Positions 63,093-64,000 of a DNA stretch of 64,000 bases are shown here, piece by piece; the first letter of the stretch is position 1; every line of letters starts with the position of its first letter. The notes below the pieces were generated by a model. That model saw only the letters and a program-made list of their open reading frames with translations. It ran no database searches and was not told the origin of the DNA. The stretch comes from a virus. Both the position numbers and the translations under genes were made by a program. The stretch lies in the IMG/VR virus record IMGVR_UViG_3300045988_080502, positions 1 through 64,000 of that record. The stretch is one strand, 5' to 3'.

Positions 63093-63994
63093 ATGGCATT
63101 AAAAGATTTATTAAACCTTTCAAATAATAATAAGAAAATTGGTCTTTCCGAAGAAAGAGTTCGTGCGATAATTCCAGCAGCAAGATAGTATATAGCTTTT
63201 TGGAGAGAATATCCAGATATGTTTATTGACTTTTTGTAGACCGGCGGAGACGAGACAAGAAAAAAAGAAATTAATTTTTATTTTTATTAGAGAGTTTTCT
63301 TGCGGGCGGCCATGAGATATAAGTATGTATACATGGTATTTCCCCGTGCTTATTCTAAGTCATTCTTATCAGTAATGGTACTTATGTGTAGATGTATATT
63401 ATATCCTGGATGTAAGCTATTCATTACTTCTGGCGGAAAAGAATAGGCAGCAGGTATTGCAAAAGAAAAAGTCTAGGAAATTTGTAATGCGATTCCCGCA
63501 CTTTAGAGAGAGATTGATTGGCGAAGAGGTAAGACTTAGGAAGGAAAAGATTATTGTAAGTATATCTTCAAAAATGGATCTTATTTTGACAACGTCGCGG
63601 CTAGAGAATCTTCTCGTGGTAAGCGTAGACATGGAGGATTAATTGAGGAGTGCGTTGGTGTAGATGGAGATATTTTAAATGAAGTTTTAATCCCTCTAAT
63701 GAACGTTGATAGAAGATGTTTAGACGGATCTGTTCATGAAGAAGAAACACTTAATAAATCTTAGATTTATGTAACTACTGCGGGGTGGAAAAACACATTC
63801 CCATATAATAAGTTGATTACTTTGCTAGTGCGCATGATACTAGAACCCGAAAAGAGTATTGTAATGGGCGGAACATGGAGAATTCCTGTGCTAGTGGGAT
63901 TGCAATCCCGCAACTTTGTATAGGAGTTAAAACAAGATGGTACATTTAATGAAGCATCATTTGATAGAGAGTATGAATCTAAATGGAGTGGCAC
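63093..63994 (+). CDS. terL: terminase large subunit, N-terminal part (continues beyond window), multiple TAG
   Basis: RBS aaggaggt. KEQAAGIAKEKV Walker-like ATPase region and later crAss-type TerL-like blocks; open apart from TAG. Confidence 0.55.
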
Positions 63995-64000
63995 CGTAGA

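Noticed and set aside
60867-63994. Fragmented ORFs in the late and fibre regions as pseudogenes or assembly errors
   Set aside because: The interruptions are exclusively TAG and always in frame (ORF coordinate differences are multiples of 3). They sit at conserved Gln positions. A CUA tRNA is encoded.

Overview
This 64-kb window is AT-rich (~33% GC) phage DNA, most likely from a large crAss-like Caudoviricetes phage, with almost all genes on the minus strand. It reads as an accessory/early region followed by structural and packaging genes; TerL begins at 63093 and runs off the end. The dominant signal is genome-wide amber recoding. In-frame TAG codons interrupt an RNA ligase, UDG, FolD, two GIY-YIG nucleases, an RHH protein, at least five tail-fibre genes, a 349-aa protein with 12 TAGs, and TerL. 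TAG sits where Gln is conserved, for example YIGQT in GIY-YIG and PEQD in UDG. TAA and TGA still terminate genes. A tRNA with anticodon CUA and Gln-type identity features lies at 17979-18054.

A large minus-strand tRNA array (about 16.9-37.1 kb, roughly 30 tRNA genes) contains several oddities. tRNA-Asp(GUC) is split by a 466-nt intron that carries a PD-(D/E)xK-like ORF. Two GIY-YIG nuclease genes and a CYTH gene sit inside the array. Two tRNAs with Leu anticodons (CAA, UAG) lack the long variable arm. A tRNA with a long variable arm carries anticodon GCA and U73. Several tRNA-like RNAs are elongated and aberrant, and some acceptor stems have a mismatched 1:72 pair.

Notable proteins:
- A full-length major vault protein homolog (12303-14744) sits next to a vWA/TROVE-like protein (15156-16676).
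- A Thg1-like 3'-5' nucleotidyltransferase (27-893) is encoded together with tRNA-His.
- An NAD+ salvage/reconstitution cluster (1686-6280) comprises NadE, a NAMPT/PncB-family enzyme, a Prs-family enzyme and a nicotinamidase-like protein.
- An Rnl2-like RNA ligase lies near metallophosphoesterases and a Pol-beta-type nucleotidyltransferase.
- Further accessory genes include Pth2, a PARG-like macrodomain protein, FolD and two DEDD exonucleases.

Regulatory features include canonical sigma70 promoters (TTGAAA/TTGCAA-N17-TATAAT) with a conserved leader repeated about 25 times, many intrinsic terminators, and iteron, operator and CCGATCGG-palindrome arrays around 46.1-49.2 kb.

All calls come from reading the sequence and the ORF track. 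No searches were run.
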